DNA of 61,525 nucleotides, counting the filler, from Diploschistes diacapsis (lineage: Eukaryota), in the NCBI GenBank assembly GCA_023645945.1. It is 6 parts of 6 records of this genome, joined end to end, with 100 filler letters (N's around TTAATTAATTAA, not from the genome) between each part and the next. Parts side by side here need not be neighbours in the genome. Positions count along the whole stretch, not along the records: positions 55,117 to 61,525 come from JALAIB010001400.1; 5 more parts are not named here. One strand, 5' to 3'. The notes under the pieces were generated by a model. The model was not told the origin of the DNA and made no database searches. It saw nothing but the letters and a program-made list of their open reading frames with translations. The position numbers and the translations under genes were made by a program. How positions within the stretch are numbered: the stretch's first letter is position 1; the number at the start of each line of letters is the position of its first letter. Positions 60,405 to 61,525 of the stretch are shown here, piece after piece.

Positions 60405-60773
60405 CGGGGTGGTTTCTCATAGGGACGCTGCATGACTTCCTAACGCTCTTCGCGAGATTCTCGGACGGACAACAAGACTTTTACCTTGAATAGTAGATAC
60501 ACTCCTTGATGATGCCTATTTTCAGATTTCTCGAATATTAATACACCTTTGGAACGGTAGGAGATGTTGGGACCACCAAGATGGAAGATTTAACCAACAT
60601 GGGCTAAGGGAAGCACGTTAGACCACCTATAAAGCGCGGATATTTCGGGGGGGAAGGGACAGCTTTGAGGCATATTAGATGCAGATAGATGAAAGGCATA
60701 AAGTAATGCTTGCTGAATGCTACCACGTTATTATGGGGAAAAAGCATACTAGCTTCAGCCTCGATGATGCCTC

Positions 60774-61515
60774 TCATTCTCGTTGCAGAATCACCATGAC
60801 ACCCATCAAGCCTATGGCCGCCGTTTTCAACCAGGGATGCTCGGACAAGAGAATGGTGATATAACCCACGAAGGGAATGTAGCCTACAACGCTCCCGATG
60901 ATGTCCTCTTTCCTGTCCAAGTAGTCCTGGCCCCTAGCATACAGCTCCGTGTCGTCGGCAAGGTTGTTGTCGCCCCTTGTCAGAAGCTTGAGCGGCGCCG
61001 ACCTAGACACGCCCAGAAGAGCCAGACATCAGCATCCCATCTTGCGGGTGAAAAAGCATGATAAGAAACCCCCCCCCCCCCAAAAAAAAAGGGGGAGAGG
61101 CCGAAAGAAAACAAAAGACGACAAAAGATGGGATACCATTCAGCCCCTCTCCCATACAAAAAAGGTGGGGAAAAAGAAGAAAAAGAGAAAGAGAGAGAGA
61201 GAGAGAGACTCACCCTTCCCCCCCGGCCCCGAAACGCCGGACGACGCGATGCACGATCGGAATGTCCTTGCCGCGCACGTTATAGACCACCACCTCCCCG
61301 ACCTTGGTGTCGGTCCCGCGGTTCCAGAGCAGCAGGATGTCGCCGCGCTGGAAGGCGGGCTCCATGGAGCCCGAGAGCACGACGACGATGGGCGACGGCG
61401 CGTCCGAGAGCACCGACAGGCCCTTCCACATCATAAAGGCCGTGCTGAGGATCAGCAGGAAGTTGAGGAGCTGCGCCAGGAAGGGCCGGGGGGAGGACAG
61501 GGCCGCGGAGAACAT
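60774..61515 (-). CDS. sec11: Signal peptidase complex catalytic subunit Sec11, 2 exons
   Basis: [34 protein letters not shown] and [11 protein letters not shown]. Confidence 0.96.
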
Positions 61516-61525
61516 TGTTGTAGGG

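Overview
Fungal nuclear DNA from a filamentous ascomycete (Pezizomycotina-type genes, short GT-AG introns with CTRAY branch points, RIP-like AT-rich transposon relics). The window is not one locus. It is six contigs or contig pieces joined by identical 100-bp artificial linkers (N44-TTAATTAATTAA-N44) at 6441, 12969, 19487, 26001 and 55017, so adjacency across linkers is meaningless. Most genes are ordinary: Aim18/46-like CHI-fold protein, TeaR-like protein, LMBR1-like protein, SRPK-like kinase, copper-fist transcription factor, eIF2D/Tma64, Sey1, Lea1, Ayr1-like SDR, sugar porter, Bos1, Mia40, NIPSNAP, Rpn5, HMT1-like ABC transporter and Sec11. The most striking unexplained signal is in the gene-free stretch between mia40 and NIPSNAP. 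It is a co-oriented cluster of six diverged 100-156-nt units with AGCCAAG...CTTGGCT terminal stems, a B-box-like hairpin and a T-run, and four of them have a TATA at -29/-30. They look like a family of structured Pol III non-coding RNAs that do not fold as tRNAs. Also notable are a head-to-head RelA/SpoT-domain and CorA-like gene pair beside a CCA-ending tRNA fragment, a second degenerate hairpin repeat array (34.6-35.4 kb), a Tc1-type MITE, and a 952-bp RIP-mutated pogo-type fold-back element in the rpn5 promoter. All identifications come from reading motifs by eye; no searches were run.
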